Counted from the first letter of the stretch, positions 18,635-29,433 are shown. The stretch: 43,576 nt of DNA from Candidatus Bathyarchaeota archaeon (GCA_030672415.1 DAOVGL010000024.1:1-43576); one strand, 5' to 3'. Numbers and translations: made by a program. The notes: generated by a model from the letters alone, not told the origin.

Positions 18635-19031
18635 ACTCGTACGCTATCCTGTCTGCACCTACTCTACGCGTTATAACCTGAACCAGCATGCCAACTCTCA
18701 GCATATTTAAAGTGACACCAGTTAGCTGCGCCAATAGTCTTGTTTTATCTTCAAGCTTCACTACTGCCACCATGTAGGGCGCGTATTTAGACATACTCTC
18801 AGGAGGAACCACAACCGGAGTGTAAGTTAAGATTTTTCCTCGACGTGGAGCTTCATACCACTTTATATCCGCTGAGCCACATTTACAGTGAGCTCTCGGT
18901 GGCAGGTATTTGGCTCCGCACTTTTCGCATTTGGTTCCCATTAGCCTACCGTTATTAAGCTCTTCTACAAATCTCGTGATTAGGGGGGTCTCAGGTAGAC
19001 ATGAGACGTATCCAAACTTCATTTTTTTCAC
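18621..19031 (-). CDS. DUF35 Zn-ribbon/OB-fold protein (thiolase partner)
   Basis: GTKCEKCG..YLPPRAHCKCG, G.ILTYT, PYMVAVVKL; start overlaps the thiolase stop. Confidence 0.9.
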   Translation of the reverse strand: MKKMKFGYVSCLPETPLITRFVEELNNGRLMGTKCEKCGAKYLPPRAHCKCGSADIKWYEAPRRGKILTYTPVVVPPESMSKYAPYMVAVVKLEDKTRLLAQLTGVTLNMLRVGMLVQVITRRVGADRIAYEFKLV

Positions 19032-20185
19032 CTTGAGTATATGTGGACGAAACAGTACTGCCCGATCTGTCCAACGTTGTGGCTGAGCCCTATTTCCGCT
19101 CCGTTTACCTGTCTTTTTCCAGCTTCGCCTCTCAACTGCTTCGTTATCTCGATGGTCATGGATACTCCTGTGGCTCCAAGCGGGTGCCCCTTTGATTTGA
19201 GCCCACCGTCAGTGTTAACTGGAGTTTTTCCACCGATGTAGCTCTGTTTCTCCTCTATGAACTTCCCTCCCTTCCCCTTTTTGCAGAATCCGAGGTCTTC
19301 GTATGCCATGATCTCGGCGATGGTGAAGCAGTCATGAACCACGGCTACGTCAACCTCCCTAGAAGTGATTCCCGCCATCCCATAGGCTTTCTCCACCGCT
19401 ATCTTAGTTGCTCTTAATTCAGTTAGAGTCTCCCGCTCGCTGATCATCATGGTGTCGGATGCTGCTCCTAAACCCGTTAGCCAGATGGGTGTGTCACTGA
19501 TCTTTTTTGCCTTCTCTTCGTTAGCCAAAACGACTGCAGCTGCTCCGTCCGATATTAAGCAACAATCATAAAGATTCAATGGATAACATATCATACTGGA
19601 TTTCATCGCTTCCTCCAGCGTGATTGCTTTCTGTATATGCGCGTACGGGTTCATAGCCCCATACATGTGGTTTTTAACCGAAACCATGGAAAGCTGTTCC
19701 CTTGTTGTGCCATACTGGTGCATGTGAGCATTAGCCATCATAGCGTAGAAGCTTGGAAACGTGGTGCCGAAGGGATACTCCCATCGGGTGTCTCCAGCCC
19801 GAGCAATCACATCTGTAGCTTTCAATGTGCCCAAATGCGTCATAGTTTCAGCTCCGACCACAAGAACGACATCCGCGAGACCAGCCTTTACAAGCGACCA
19901 AGCAGCTTGTATAGCAGCGCTACCGGTGGCACAGGCGGCTTCAGCCCTGAACACGGGTTTGTTTCCCATCCCCACATAGTCGTGTACTAGAACCGCGGGG
20001 GATACTTGTGCTGCAAACTCTTCACAGGCAACTCCTATAACTGAAGCGTCTATGTCTTTCACGTTGATTTTAGCGTCTTCTAGCGCTCGTGTTACGGCTT
20101 CGTGCGCCAATTCTCGTAGAGTTGCGTCGGTTCTTTTGCCAAATTTCGCGTGTCCTATACCGGCAATTCCCACTTTTTGAGTCAA
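19028..20185 (-). CDS. Thiolase (archaeal/SCP2-like acetyl-CoA acyltransferase family)
   Basis: EAACATG, KNH, SDGAAA, HDCFT, GHPLGATG, QLRGEAG, HNVG. Confidence 0.93.
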   Translation of the reverse strand: MTQKVGIAGIGHAKFGKRTDATLRELAHEAVTRALEDAKINVKDIDASVIGVACEEFAAQVSPAVLVHDYVGMGNKPVFRAEAACATGSAAIQAAWSLVKAGLADVVLVVGAETMTHLGTLKATDVIARAGDTRWEYPFGTTFPSFYAMMANAHMHQYGTTREQLSMVSVKNHMYGAMNPYAHIQKAITLEEAMKSSMICYPLNLYDCCLISDGAAAVVLANEEKAKKISDTPIWLTGLGAASDTMMISERETLTELRATKIAVEKAYGMAGITSREVDVAVVHDCFTIAEIMAYEDLGFCKKGKGGKFIEEKQSYIGGKTPVNTDGGLKSKGHPLGATGVSMTIEITKQLRGEAGKRQVNGAEIGLSHNVGQIGQYCFVHIYSR

Positions 20186-20344
20186 GATGGTTCTCTCCGA
20201 AATCTAAAGAGTGATGTTTTAGAAACTATATATACGTTAATTGCTTGAACGAATTCTTGTTTTATACAAATGGGATTGGTTACGATTGGGAAAACATTAA
20301 GTGTGTAATCTTCTTAAAACCATGAAAATGTAGAGGTGATGCAA

Positions 20345-20593
20345 ATGGTTGAACTACTCGAAATATATGTGCTCAACCTAGCGATTACGCTATTTATGTT
20401 CATCATCCTAACCTTCCGAGCATGGATCGAACTAAAGAACTACCGAATCATGTGGAAGGAGCTAGAATGGAGAAAAACCCGTGAGGTTGCAGGGAAAATT
20501 CTGAGGGCTGAGAAGGACATGTTTGCAGGAGTGGAAGGCGGGGAGGAACTGTACAAGCTACTCTGCGAAATGTTCAAAGTGTCAGAGAGTTAG
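20345..20593 (+). CDS. Small single-pass membrane protein, hypothetical
   Basis: GAGGTG SD, N-terminal hydrophobic helix then charged tail. Confidence 0.7.
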   Translation: MVELLEIYVLNLAITLFMFIILTFRAWIELKNYRIMWKELEWRKTREVAGKILRAEKDMFAGVEGGEELYKLLCEMFKVSES

Positions 20594-20756
20594 CAGATAA
20601 AAATAGAAGACCACCTGTGCCTAAAATCCGCTTTCACAACCCCCATTACTAAATTACATCATGGGCAAGAGAAAGCAAAACGGAAAACATCAAGAAAAAA
20701 AAGGAAGGCGCACCTAACTTCTAGGGGCTTGTCTTGTGTAGAGACCGGTAGAAATG

Positions 20757-20960
20757 TTATGTCGGTGGTTGTTTTCTCAGTTCTAAGTAATCCGTTAATA
20801 TCAGTATTCCTTGGATTATCAGAAACAAACCAACTATCCATTGCAGAAGGTTTGGGAATATTATTACTAGCACACCAAAGATGATGCATATTGTGGCTAA
20901 GACTGGTTTTGAAAATGTCATGCCAAACTTTTTCAGTTCCTTCTCTACTGTCCCTGCCAT
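20757..20960 (-). CDS. Small two-helix membrane protein (DUF3096-like)
   Basis: IIFGVLVIIFPNLLQWIVGLFLIIQGIL hairpin pattern; GGAG SD. Confidence 0.7.
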   Translation of the reverse strand: MAGTVEKELKKFGMTFSKPVLATICIIFGVLVIIFPNLLQWIVGLFLIIQGILILTDYLELRKQPPT

Positions 20961-21114
20961 TGTCTTTCTCCTCCAATCACAGGTTACAGAATACGATGGT
21001 TATCGGATTTAAAATGTTCGATCAGCTTCTTCACTGTTGTAAGTGGGATGATAGGCTTTTAGGCAGATAAAAAATTAATTAAAGAAACAATATCATTTAA
21101 TGAGGGAGTAAATA

Positions 21115-21837
21115 TTGACTGAAAACGTGCCCATTAATGAAAAGATAGTTGAAAGAAAGACAATTGTTTACAAAACTCTTGTTGATCCTACGGTGATAAA
21201 GGTTGCTGGGGAGAAGCTGAAGAATAAAATGTTTGTTAGATTTGGGTTTTTGAAGCCTAAACCTGAAGAAATACAATTTGTTTCCATTGACAAGTATTAT
21301 GAGTCATACATCGTGATTAACGGAAAATATGTAATTGATTATTACCGTAAATGCGCCTACACAATTAATGTTGACGAGAAAGTGCGGGAAGTTATTCTTT
21401 TAAACCAGAAATTTAAGCCTAAACAAACAGAGGAACCATCTGCGAAAGGTTATAAGGCGATTAAACTTGAGGGTGAAGAACACTTGCTGTATGAGGATAA
21501 AGCTTCTCTCATTCTAGACAAAACTGGTCATGATGTTCCACTCAAACAATTACCATCTGCTCCTTCCGAGGAGCATCCTACGGAAATGTTAGCTAAACTC
21601 GGCGAAAACGCGAAAAAACTTGAAATCGCCCCAGACGCAGATGTAGGTATCATCAGATCCAAAATAGTTAAACGACCAGAGGACATAAAGCGGATTGTCC
21701 ATGAACTGTTTGAAGTTACAGAGCGCGCTGTAATCTACACTCCAATCTATAAAGTCTTGTTTCAAAACGTAAAGACAGGCGAGGTGAAGGCTATAGAATT
21801 TGACGGCGTCACCTCCAAGAGAATCCAGCAGAGATAG
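21115..21837 (+). CDS. Hypothetical protein (240 aa)
   Basis: Long TTG-started ORF with GAGGGAG SD; no motif recognised. Confidence 0.8.
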   Translation: MTENVPINEKIVERKTIVYKTLVDPTVIKVAGEKLKNKMFVRFGFLKPKPEEIQFVSIDKYYESYIVINGKYVIDYYRKCAYTINVDEKVREVILLNQKFKPKQTEEPSAKGYKAIKLEGEEHLLYEDKASLILDKTGHDVPLKQLPSAPSEEHPTEMLAKLGENAKKLEIAPDADVGIIRSKIVKRPEDIKRIVHELFEVTERAVIYTPIYKVLFQNVKTGEVKAIEFDGVTSKRIQQR

Positions 21838-21906
21838 ATCCAGAGCGTGGAGACACTAGTCTCAGTATATAATTCGAAAGCGTAGTGGAAAAGAAAAAAT
21901 GGAAAA

Positions 21907-22845
21907 TTAGAGGGTAACGACGAACATAAGGCGCTCAACCAGTTCCTTATAGCGGTTCCGAATCGTAACCTCAGTTACTTGAGCTATCTCAGCTATTTCC
22001 CTCTGGGTTTTTCGTTCACCAGTGAGCACGGATGCAATGTAGCTGGCGGCTGCAGCTATGCCTGTGGGTCCCCTACCAGATGTGAGTCTAAGCTCTTTTG
22101 CGGTGGCGAGGATTTTGTGGGCGACTTCCTCCACCATTCCCTGCATGCCGAGTTGATTGGAGAATTTAGTGACGTATTGACTAGGTTTTAATGGTGGAAT
22201 GAAATAGTCAAGCTCCTTAACGAGGAATCGATAGCTGCGTCCCACCTCTTTCTTGTTGATGTTGGAGGCTTGAGCTATCTCCTCAAGGGTTCTTGCGAGT
22301 TTACACTGTCGACAAGCCACGTATATGGCGGCAGCTGTGACACCTTGGATAGACCTTCCTCGAATTAGACGTTCCTTAACGGCCTTCCGATAAATGATGG
22401 AGGCGGTTTCAAGAATGTTCTTGGGAAGGTTAAGCCTGTTGGCTATCTTCGAGATTTCGGACAGGGCAAAGGCGAGGTTTCGTTCAGTAGCATCGGAGAC
22501 TCTGATGCGCCGCTGCCACTTCCTAAGTCTATAAATCTGGGCTTTTTGACCGGGACTGAGTCTCTTGCCGTATATGTCGCGGTCATGCCAGTCAATCATT
22601 GTGGAAAGCCCTTTATCGTGGATGGTGAAGGTGAGAGGAGCACCAACACGAGTCCGTTTGGCTCGCTGTTCAGTGTCGAATGCACGCCACTCTGGCCCTC
22701 GATCTGCAAGCCTAGCTGCGACGACAAAACCGCAACTCATACACACGATTTCGGCGCACTCATAGTCTCGCATGAGTCGGTTGCTACCGCATTCTGGGCA
22801 CTGTTGAACCTTTGCGGGCTGGGGTAAGGGGGATTCTCGGCTCAT
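21907..22845 (-). CDS. tfb: Transcription initiation factor IIB
   Basis: CPECG..CMSCG Zn ribbon, GPEWRAF B-reader, two cyclin repeats (RGRSI, SGRGP), [11 protein letters not shown]. Confidence 0.98.
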   Translation of the reverse strand: MSRESPLPQPAKVQQCPECGSNRLMRDYECAEIVCMSCGFVVAARLADRGPEWRAFDTEQRAKRTRVGAPLTFTIHDKGLSTMIDWHDRDIYGKRLSPGQKAQIYRLRKWQRRIRVSDATERNLAFALSEISKIANRLNLPKNILETASIIYRKAVKERLIRGRSIQGVTAAAIYVACRQCKLARTLEEIAQASNINKKEVGRSYRFLVKELDYFIPPLKPSQYVTKFSNQLGMQGMVEEVAHKILATAKELRLTSGRGPTGIAAAASYIASVLTGERKTQREIAEIAQVTEVTIRNRYKELVERLMFVVTL

Positions 22846-23102
22846 CTTCTTTTCCTTCTTCTCTTCATTTTTGGAGTGGAGGGGATTGCGTAAAGGACAT
22901 GATTAACGAGATGATGTGTTTTCTCCGTGTTAGGTTTTACTGCAACATAAGGGGCGGAGGTGGGTCCAAACACGTCGAAAACGGTTCCCACAGATTTGAG
23001 GTTTTCGTTCACGACTTTATCGCCGATTCGCGGTGTTTTTTCCGCCTTAAGAATTAAGTTTTTATTAGAACTTATGTGAAGTACACAACCTATTCTCTGC
23101 AA
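22842..23102 (-). CDS. gar1: H/ACA RNP component Gar1
   Basis: [21 protein letters not shown], basic tail; TTG 23102 with GAGGG SD; usual position upstream of tfb. Confidence 0.88.
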   Translation of the reverse strand: MQRIGCVLHISSNKNLILKAEKTPRIGDKVVNENLKSVGTVFDVFGPTSAPYVAVKPNTEKTHHLVNHVLYAIPSTPKMKRRRKRR

Positions 23103-23173
23103 TCTTTTCCCTCGCAAAAGCCAAAGTTTTGGACTGCCCGCTTTATTTAAAGTTTTCTCCAATCTTGGCGAGC

Positions 23174-23464
23174 TTATCTCTGTTCGCGAACTTTCAAAAG
23201 TTCCTTGGCAACCGTTCGCAAGATTTGAGTTTTAGGGCCTCTCTTAGGAACCACGATTAGACCGGTTTTTTGCCATGGAACACTTGGATGTCCAGCGTCT
23301 AAAACAACTTCAGGTTGAAGACCTATTTGCTTTACCGCTCTTTGAATTTCCTTCAGTTTTGGTGTTGACGTTGCAAGGCTTTTAGGGACTCTCCGCCCTT
23401 CCAGTCGGGTTTTGGTTGAATCAAAGTAAACGGGCCACAAAATGATTTTATCTCTTTTCCGCAT
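23174..23464 (-). CDS. srp19: Signal recognition particle protein SRP19
   Basis: ILWPVYFDS.KTR.EGRRVP, HP..PW...G. Confidence 0.95.
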   Translation of the reverse strand: MRKRDKIILWPVYFDSTKTRLEGRRVPKSLATSTPKLKEIQRAVKQIGLQPEVVLDAGHPSVPWQKTGLIVVPKRGPKTQILRTVAKELLKVREQR

Positions 23465-23550
23465 GTTTCCTGCCCAAGTTGTTGTGGATTTTGAGCGTTT
23501 TAATTGTTGTGGCTTGAGTGAAGAAAAAACTGTTTAAACATTTGAAGGTG

Positions 23551-23943
23551 CTAAGTTTTTTTAGGAATGAGAATGGCGTTTACAACGCCGTTTTGTCCGG
23601 GGCGAGAAATCACACGTGCAGTGCCCAACTGAGTCTCTATTATCGCTCCTTTTGTGATTACTCCTCGGCGGTCGTAGTCTACGCTGGCTGGGTTCTTAAC
23701 CACACGGAGGATTTTAGTTCTCTCGGTTTTTCCAGTGGATGGGTTGGAAAGGTTTGCGTGGGTTGCGCTTAGCAAACGGGTTTTCACCGTGCCTCCATGT
23801 CCTCGTTTGGTTTTTCTCTTGAGTTCACCTAACGAGGTTTCCGCTGGGAAAGAGCCTTTCTCGAACTTTCTTTTCTTTCGGTATGCTCGTTTTCTGCCGC
23901 CTGAAGGTTTCTTTTTGCGTAGGGTTCCGTGCCACACTGACAA
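23551..23943 (-). CDS. rps8e: 30S ribosomal protein S8e
   Basis: KKPSGG, RKKRKFE.G, NPA..Y.RRGVITKGAII, SRPGQ.G.VNA. Confidence 0.97.
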   Translation of the reverse strand: MSVWHGTLRKKKPSGGRKRAYRKKRKFEKGSFPAETSLGELKRKTKRGHGGTVKTRLLSATHANLSNPSTGKTERTKILRVVKNPASVDYDRRGVITKGAIIETQLGTARVISRPGQNGVVNAILIPKKT

Positions 23944-24002
23944 GTTTGATAGTTCTCCATGTAATCTCGTTGAGACTACAAAAACTCAACATATAAGCTT
24001 AT

Positions 24003-24572
24003 CTACTCTGAGGGAATGAGTTCTTCAAATATGTTTTTGAGTTGTTTCTTCAAACCTCGTAAATCATGGCTTAAACCAAAGTAGTCAGCGAAAAACTCGG
24101 TGGTGCGTATAATCTTGGTTCGTCCAGCCCTTTCCCGCTCAATCAAACCCAACCCCTCCAACTGTTTAAGATGATTGTAGGAGTGGTGTCCCCGTACGTC
24201 AATGACTTGAGCTTGAGGCACAGGCTGACGATAAGCAATGTAGGACAGCGTTTTCAGCGGACCCACGCTGAGGAGAGGTTTTATTGCCAATCTCCGAACT
24301 TTTGGCGTGTACTCCGACTTTAACTGCAAAACAAATCGTTCATCCTCAACCTTAATAATTTCAAGAGCAGTGTCGCGTTTTTCATATTCCTTCATCAGCG
24401 TGGTTGCAAGTGTCCGGATCTTCCTCTTAGAGCGGGTGTTAATCATAGACCCTAACGTCTTCAAATCCAGTGGGCGACCAGCCACGTAGAGCGCTGCCTC
24501 TATGAGAGACAACATACGCCTCGTTTTTTTCTGTTCAAAAAGTTCAGATGATTCCTGTTCATTATCCGTCAA
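24003..24572 (-). CDS. scpB: Segregation and condensation protein B
   Basis: IEAALY, LKTLSYIAYRQP, DVRG, TT..FADYFGL; TTG 24572 likely start. Confidence 0.93.
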   Translation of the reverse strand: MTDNEQESSELFEQKKTRRMLSLIEAALYVAGRPLDLKTLGSMINTRSKRKIRTLATTLMKEYEKRDTALEIIKVEDERFVLQLKSEYTPKVRRLAIKPLLSVGPLKTLSYIAYRQPVPQAQVIDVRGHHSYNHLKQLEGLGLIERERAGRTKIIRTTEFFADYFGLSHDLRGLKKQLKNIFEELIPSE

Positions 24573-25245
24573 TGGGTGGACCCTCACGGAGGGTTATGTA
24601 AATTTCGCTGAAGTTTTCTTCTTCTTGCCATAGGCTGACTTTACCAGTCTGAGCGAGAAAAAGAAGAGTGATGAAGATTTTAACGGCTTCCAGTTTTTTC
24701 ATTCCAGCTATGAACTTAGAGAAAGTGATTAATCTTCCTTCATCAGCAAACTGGAGAATAGAACTATACAGCTTCTCCATCATCTTCTCAATTTCCATCA
24801 AGTACAAATCAACGGGAGGAATAAGCTCCGGTGGAGGCGGCAACATAGGTTCCACACGCGGTTTCAAAGCAAGTATACGTTCACCAGTAAGCACCTCATC
24901 CAGCGCCTTTAACAAATGCTGGATAGTCGTGGATGTCAACTCGTAACGAAGAGGAAGAAACAAAGGCGGAGGAAGAAAACCTGGTGGAGGCTTAGCAGGA
25001 GCAGGAGGATCCTCCAGTTTTAACAGAAGTTTGGATTTCATGAGATATATGGTAGAGGATGAGTCGAGCGCCATCCCTGAAGCTCTAAAATCAACTTCTC
25101 CTCTCTTCTCCATTTCCTTTAATAGGGAAGTCAACAAAAAAGATATGTTCACATCCCACGGCCTTATTTTTTTCAGCTTGTGGAGTTCAAAAAGCACATT
25201 CAATGGAGGCTGAAAGTAGAAAGGTTTACTGGCTAGTGAAGGCAC
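24562..25245 (-). CDS. scpA: Kleisin ScpA
   Basis: PWDVNI, LMKSKLLL, C-terminal FITLLFLA..G.V.L.Q winged helix; lies between smc and scpB. Confidence 0.88.
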   Translation of the reverse strand: MPSLASKPFYFQPPLNVLFELHKLKKIRPWDVNISFLLTSLLKEMEKRGEVDFRASGMALDSSSTIYLMKSKLLLKLEDPPAPAKPPPGFLPPPLFLPLRYELTSTTIQHLLKALDEVLTGERILALKPRVEPMLPPPPELIPPVDLYLMEIEKMMEKLYSSILQFADEGRLITFSKFIAGMKKLEAVKIFITLLFLAQTGKVSLWQEEENFSEIYITLREGPPIDG

Positions 25246-28200
25246 TAAACGGCCTCCTTAAACACGGTTGAAACCACGTGGGAGGCACCGTTGTGCTCAT
25301 ACACGCCGTAGACACTCTTTGCTTTGCTGACCATCTCAGGCTTAAGAGTGACAACCAAAAACTGGGATTTCGTTGACCCCTCAGCCAACAACTCGCCCAG
25401 CCTAGATACGTGAAAGGCATCCAGATGCGCGTCGACTTCGTCAAACAAGTAAAAGGCTGCGGGTGCGAAGTCTTGCAAGGCAAATATGTATGCAACAGCG
25501 GCTACGGACCTCTCTCCGCTGCTGGCTCCATTCACGGGTATTGGAGGCTTACCCGGGAATTGAACAATCATGTCCATCCCGCCAGTGAATGGTTCTTCTG
25601 GGTTATCTAACTTAAGCGCGGCTTCTCCTTCATCAGTAAGTTTCGAGAAATACTCAGCGAATTTTTCGTTTATCTCATTGAAGGCTTTCATGAAAACTTT
25701 GCGTTTTTTCAGTTCAATTTCGTCCATGAAAGAGATTATGGCTTGTTTTTCTCGCTCCAATTCGTTCATGCGCACGGACAATTCTTTGTATCTTGAAACC
25801 TGTTCAGCGTAGTGGGACTGAGCTAATTGATTAACGGCTCCGAGACGCTCCAGCTCTAATCGCATCAGCCTGAGTGATGATTCCACCGTTGTGAGCTGAT
25901 CTGGCGAAACCTTTACAGGTTCCTCGCAGCCGATTTCCCTTAGATGATGACGATGCTGGTCTGCCTGTAACCGAAGTGTTTGCAGTTCAAGCTGAAGCCG
26001 ATTGTGCAATTCCTCAGCTCGCTCGTACTCAGCGTCTAGTCGACGCAGATGCTTGTCGATGTTGTCAATTTGAGATGTGAACTTCCCTACTTCTTTTCTG
26101 GCAGTTAAAATTGAACGAGAAAGTTCTTCCTTAGAGGTTTCAAGTCTTTTCACCTCTTGCTCTAGCGTCTCCCTTTGTTCTAGCGCTTCCTCAACCTCCC
26201 TTTCTAAAATAGAGAGTTGTGCACTCACTTTTCTAAGCTGAATTTTAATGTTAACGGAACCCATTTTGAGAACGTTTTCAAATTTAGACCGGAGAGTTGC
26301 TAGTTCGGTTTCCACGCTGCCAAGCCTTTGCCTCAACTCTATGATTTCTTCACCTAAAGTTTCTCGCTGAATCTCCATTCCCTGAATTCTAGACGGATCC
26401 GTTTTCTGTCGTAGGATGGCTAATTCCTTGTTTAGCTCTTGTATCTTCTTTTGAAGGGCTTTACGTTGTGATCTTTGAAGCTCCACACTTGTCTTTCCCT
26501 TTTCAATCCGTCTTTGAGTACGTTGAGTAAGCCCATCAATACGTTTCATGTTACGCCTAGTTCGCTTGATGCTTCTGCGTATTCGCGTGATTTCGCCTTC
26601 AAGAGTAGTGATAGCTTCGGCTAGACGAACGATTTGCACGCGAGTCTTAGCGATTTCCTCTTCGAAGGTGGTCATCTCGTCTCCTCTCCTCGTCAAGTGT
26701 TCTTGAAGAGTTTTTACAGCATCCTCTAGGCTTTTGACAGCGGACTCGCTTGGGATGATTGTGGAGAAGTCGATTGGAGATCGGTAGTATCCGCTTTCTA
26801 TTCCTCCACCAGCTTCGTAGAGGTCTCCGCTAACAGTGACTGTTCGATAACCACTGCGAGAAGCGGCAATAGCTGTTTTATCGTTCTCTGCTATCAAGGT
26901 GTCTCCGAAAACGAAAATTACTGCTGGCTCATACCGTTTTTCACGTTTAACAAATTCGGAGGCGACCCCTCTTACTCCTCTGATTTTTGTGGGATTAATG
27001 GATTTAGCTGGCAAATTCTCGAGTGGAATAATTTTCACTCTGCCGAGTTTCAAGCGTTTCAGTGTTTCAGCACACGTGAAGGCTGCGTCAAAATCTTTAA
27101 CAATAATAGAGTTGAGCCACCCAGCTGCCGTCGCCTCCATCGCTTGCCAGTAAGCCCCATCCACTTTAATCAGATTTTTGAACCTACCGTAAACTCCTGG
27201 GATCACGCCAAGCTCCCCAAGCTCCTCGATGTTTCTCAACGCTTTTTCCTCACCCGCAACAGTTTCAGCGAGTCCCCGCTGAGTGACAAATTCTACCACT
27301 GCCTCTCTAGCTGACTCTGCGATCTTTCCCGCCTGTGTAATCTCCTTCGCTATGTAGTCTTTCTGAATGGATTTTCGGTCCAAAGTTTGTTGAAGACTCT
27401 TAAACCGACTCTTCTGCTCCTTTTGAACGTTTTCAAGTTCCTTAAGAGATGTTTTCAGTTCATTGAGGGTAGATGCAAATCTGTCCTTGCGGGCGTTGAG
27501 ATCATATAGCCTGCCTGAGAGAGTTCTAATTGTTGTTTTACTTTGTACGTAGTCGCTTCGAATATCGATGAGGTTTTGGTAAATCTTGTCCAATCGTTGT
27601 TCAATCTGCCGAATTTTTGTGCTGTTTTCACCTAAGTTTGCCCAAAGCTGTGCGGTTTCGTTTTGGAGGACATCGTGTTGGGATTGTTTAATCATGATCT
27701 CCTTGGATAAGTGATCATACGCTCGTTTCAGTTTTCGAATTTGTTTGCGGTTTTCAACAATTTCATTTTTGATGGCTTCAAGTTGTTGAGTGTTGTTTTC
27801 TTTCACTCTTCTAAGTCCTTCAAGGCTTGCTGTTCCTGCACCTGTTTTTGTTGTGAGTTCGGTTAACTTCGATTTTATGTCACCTATCTTGATTTGAACT
27901 TCGAGAACGCGGGTTCCGCGCTCTTCAACTTTTTCTGTGCTGAGTTGTCTCCATTCGTTTTCGATTCCGCGACGTTGAGACCTTTGCTCTTCTCTTAGTT
28001 GCCTTGAGTTTTCAACTTTGTCTCTGACTTCTTCGGTCTTTGATGAAAGATCATGTATTTTTCTTTCAGTTTCTAAAAGTTCATAGGAAACTTTCATTGC
28101 TTCGAACTGCCTGATTTCATTTTGAATGAAACCGTAGCGAAGCAGCTCGTTTCGTTCCCTCTCTAAATCATCTACTCTCTTCTGCACCTCATCTACTCGA

Positions 28201-28790
28201 CCCATAGCGGTTCGAATAGATATTTCGGCGGCTCGAAGCTTCTCTTCGGCTTCAGCCTTTTCAGCATCATACTGAGCTATCCCAATCATGCCCTCTATCA
28301 TTTTTCTGCGTTCATGAGGAGAAATCTCAGCTATGCGCGTAATTGTTCCCTGCACAATCACGTTGTGTCCAGTGGGACTAATCCCAGCCATGGATAATAT
28401 GTCAATGATGCGATTTCTGGAAATTCGCCTTCCGTTAAGCCGATAGACGCTTTGACCATTTTTGTGGACTTCGCGAGAAATGGTTACTGTGTTAGTGTCC
28501 ACAGGTATACGTTTGTCAAAATTGTCAAATTGAATAACAACCTTAGCTGCTTTAGCCTTCTCCACCCCTACTTCCGGGGAGCCATGAAATATGAGTTTTG
28601 AGAAACTTTCAGCGCGAAGCCTTCTAGCGCTCAGTTCGCCTAATCCGAATAAAACGGCGTCCACAATGTTTGTTTTGCCACTGCCATTTGGGCCTGTAAG
28701 CACGGTGAAACCTTTGTCTATCCGGATGGTTGCAGTTTTTGGACCAAAGGACTTAAAGCCCTTAATTTCAATTTTTTTAATATGCGGCAT
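25245..28790 (-). CDS. smc: Chromosome segregation protein Smc
   Basis: GFKSF, Walker A GPNGSGKTN, QG, long coiled coils, hinge (GDLYEAGGGIESG), Walker B FDEVDAHLD; alternative start at 28802. Confidence 0.97.
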   Translation of the reverse strand: MPHIKKIEIKGFKSFGPKTATIRIDKGFTVLTGPNGSGKTNIVDAVLFGLGELSARRLRAESFSKLIFHGSPEVGVEKAKAAKVVIQFDNFDKRIPVDTNTVTISREVHKNGQSVYRLNGRRISRNRIIDILSMAGISPTGHNVIVQGTITRIAEISPHERRKMIEGMIGIAQYDAEKAEAEEKLRAAEISIRTAMGRVDEVQKRVDDLERERNELLRYGFIQNEIRQFEAMKVSYELLETERKIHDLSSKTEEVRDKVENSRQLREEQRSQRRGIENEWRQLSTEKVEERGTRVLEVQIKIGDIKSKLTELTTKTGAGTASLEGLRRVKENNTQQLEAIKNEIVENRKQIRKLKRAYDHLSKEIMIKQSQHDVLQNETAQLWANLGENSTKIRQIEQRLDKIYQNLIDIRSDYVQSKTTIRTLSGRLYDLNARKDRFASTLNELKTSLKELENVQKEQKSRFKSLQQTLDRKSIQKDYIAKEITQAGKIAESAREAVVEFVTQRGLAETVAGEEKALRNIEELGELGVIPGVYGRFKNLIKVDGAYWQAMEATAAGWLNSIIVKDFDAAFTCAETLKRLKLGRVKIIPLENLPAKSINPTKIRGVRGVASEFVKREKRYEPAVIFVFGDTLIAENDKTAIAASRSGYRTVTVSGDLYEAGGGIESGYYRSPIDFSTIIPSESAVKSLEDAVKTLQEHLTRRGDEMTTFEEEIAKTRVQIVRLAEAITTLEGEITRIRRSIKRTRRNMKRIDGLTQRTQRRIEKGKTSVELQRSQRKALQKKIQELNKELAILRQKTDPSRIQGMEIQRETLGEEIIELRQRLGSVETELATLRSKFENVLKMGSVNIKIQLRKVSAQLSILEREVEEALEQRETLEQEVKRLETSKEELSRSILTARKEVGKFTSQIDNIDKHLRRLDAEYERAEELHNRLQLELQTLRLQADQHRHHLREIGCEEPVKVSPDQLTTVESSLRLMRLELERLGAVNQLAQSHYAEQVSRYKELSVRMNELEREKQAIISFMDEIELKKRKVFMKAFNEINEKFAEYFSKLTDEGEAALKLDNPEEPFTGGMDMIVQFPGKPPIPVNGASSGERSVAAVAYIFALQDFAPAAFYLFDEVDAHLDAFHVSRLGELLAEGSTKSQFLVVTLKPEMVSKAKSVYGVYEHNGASHVVSTVFKEAV

Positions 28791-28905
28791 TTTTTTGAAC
28801 ATCCTCTCCGTGATTTAGGCTTGAAGAGTTATACCTAATCGTTTTTGGGCTTCTTCTAGAAAAATATTATAGAAAGTGGTTTTAACTCTTGTGCAAGCGA
28901 AGCTT

Positions 28906-29433
28906 CTACTCTCTTTCCTGTTTTCTTTTAATCTGATACTTTTTTGCTATATTTTTGACAAAATCTTTGACTTTTTTAACATCGCCATAAACGAGCATAT
29001 ACCCGTTTTTTTGCATTTTGCAGGTAAGGCTATTTGCCTTAGCCAATCTTTCCATTTCACTCTTGGAAGTTTCTTTTGAAACCTCAATTCGCACCCAGTG
29101 TTCACCACGCGGGATTCCCGCGACAAACTTTGGTGGGGCTTTTTCTTCCTCCTCAGAAGCTTTTCTAGCCTCTTCTAGCTTCTTCATCCATTGTTCAGCG
29201 TAGTCTGCGCTGAATTTTTCTTGTGCCGTGAATATGAGGTGTGATTCCACATTTTCCAGGTACATCTCAATCCTTGGAAGATTTTCAACGTGTGTGGGAT
29301 CGGCTTTGAGAATCTGTATCATAGTCTTAGCAGAGTGTAAATCGTTCATCACGTGTTTTGGGATAGTTTCTCCTTTCTTCCGGATTTCAGTAATCAAATC
29401 AGCCAGTACATTCCATGCTTCTCCGTAGCCCAT
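28906..29433 (-). CDS. DUF2096-like archaeal protein
   Basis: W.VLADL..E.RK.G..IP...DL..AK..I and FVAGIPRG pattern, recalled for this family. Confidence 0.7.
   Translation of the reverse strand: MGYGEAWNVLADLITEIRKKGETIPKHVMNDLHSAKTMIQILKADPTHVENLPRIEMYLENVESHLIFTAQEKFSADYAEQWMKKLEEARKASEEEEKAPPKFVAGIPRGEHWVRIEVSKETSKSEMERLAKANSLTCKMQKNGYMLVYGDVKKVKDFVKNIAKKYQIKRKQERE

Noticed and set aside
20659..20976. 105-aa minus-strand ORF
   Set aside because: Overlaps the 67-aa membrane-protein ORF in another frame; that ORF has the SD and a recognisable pattern.
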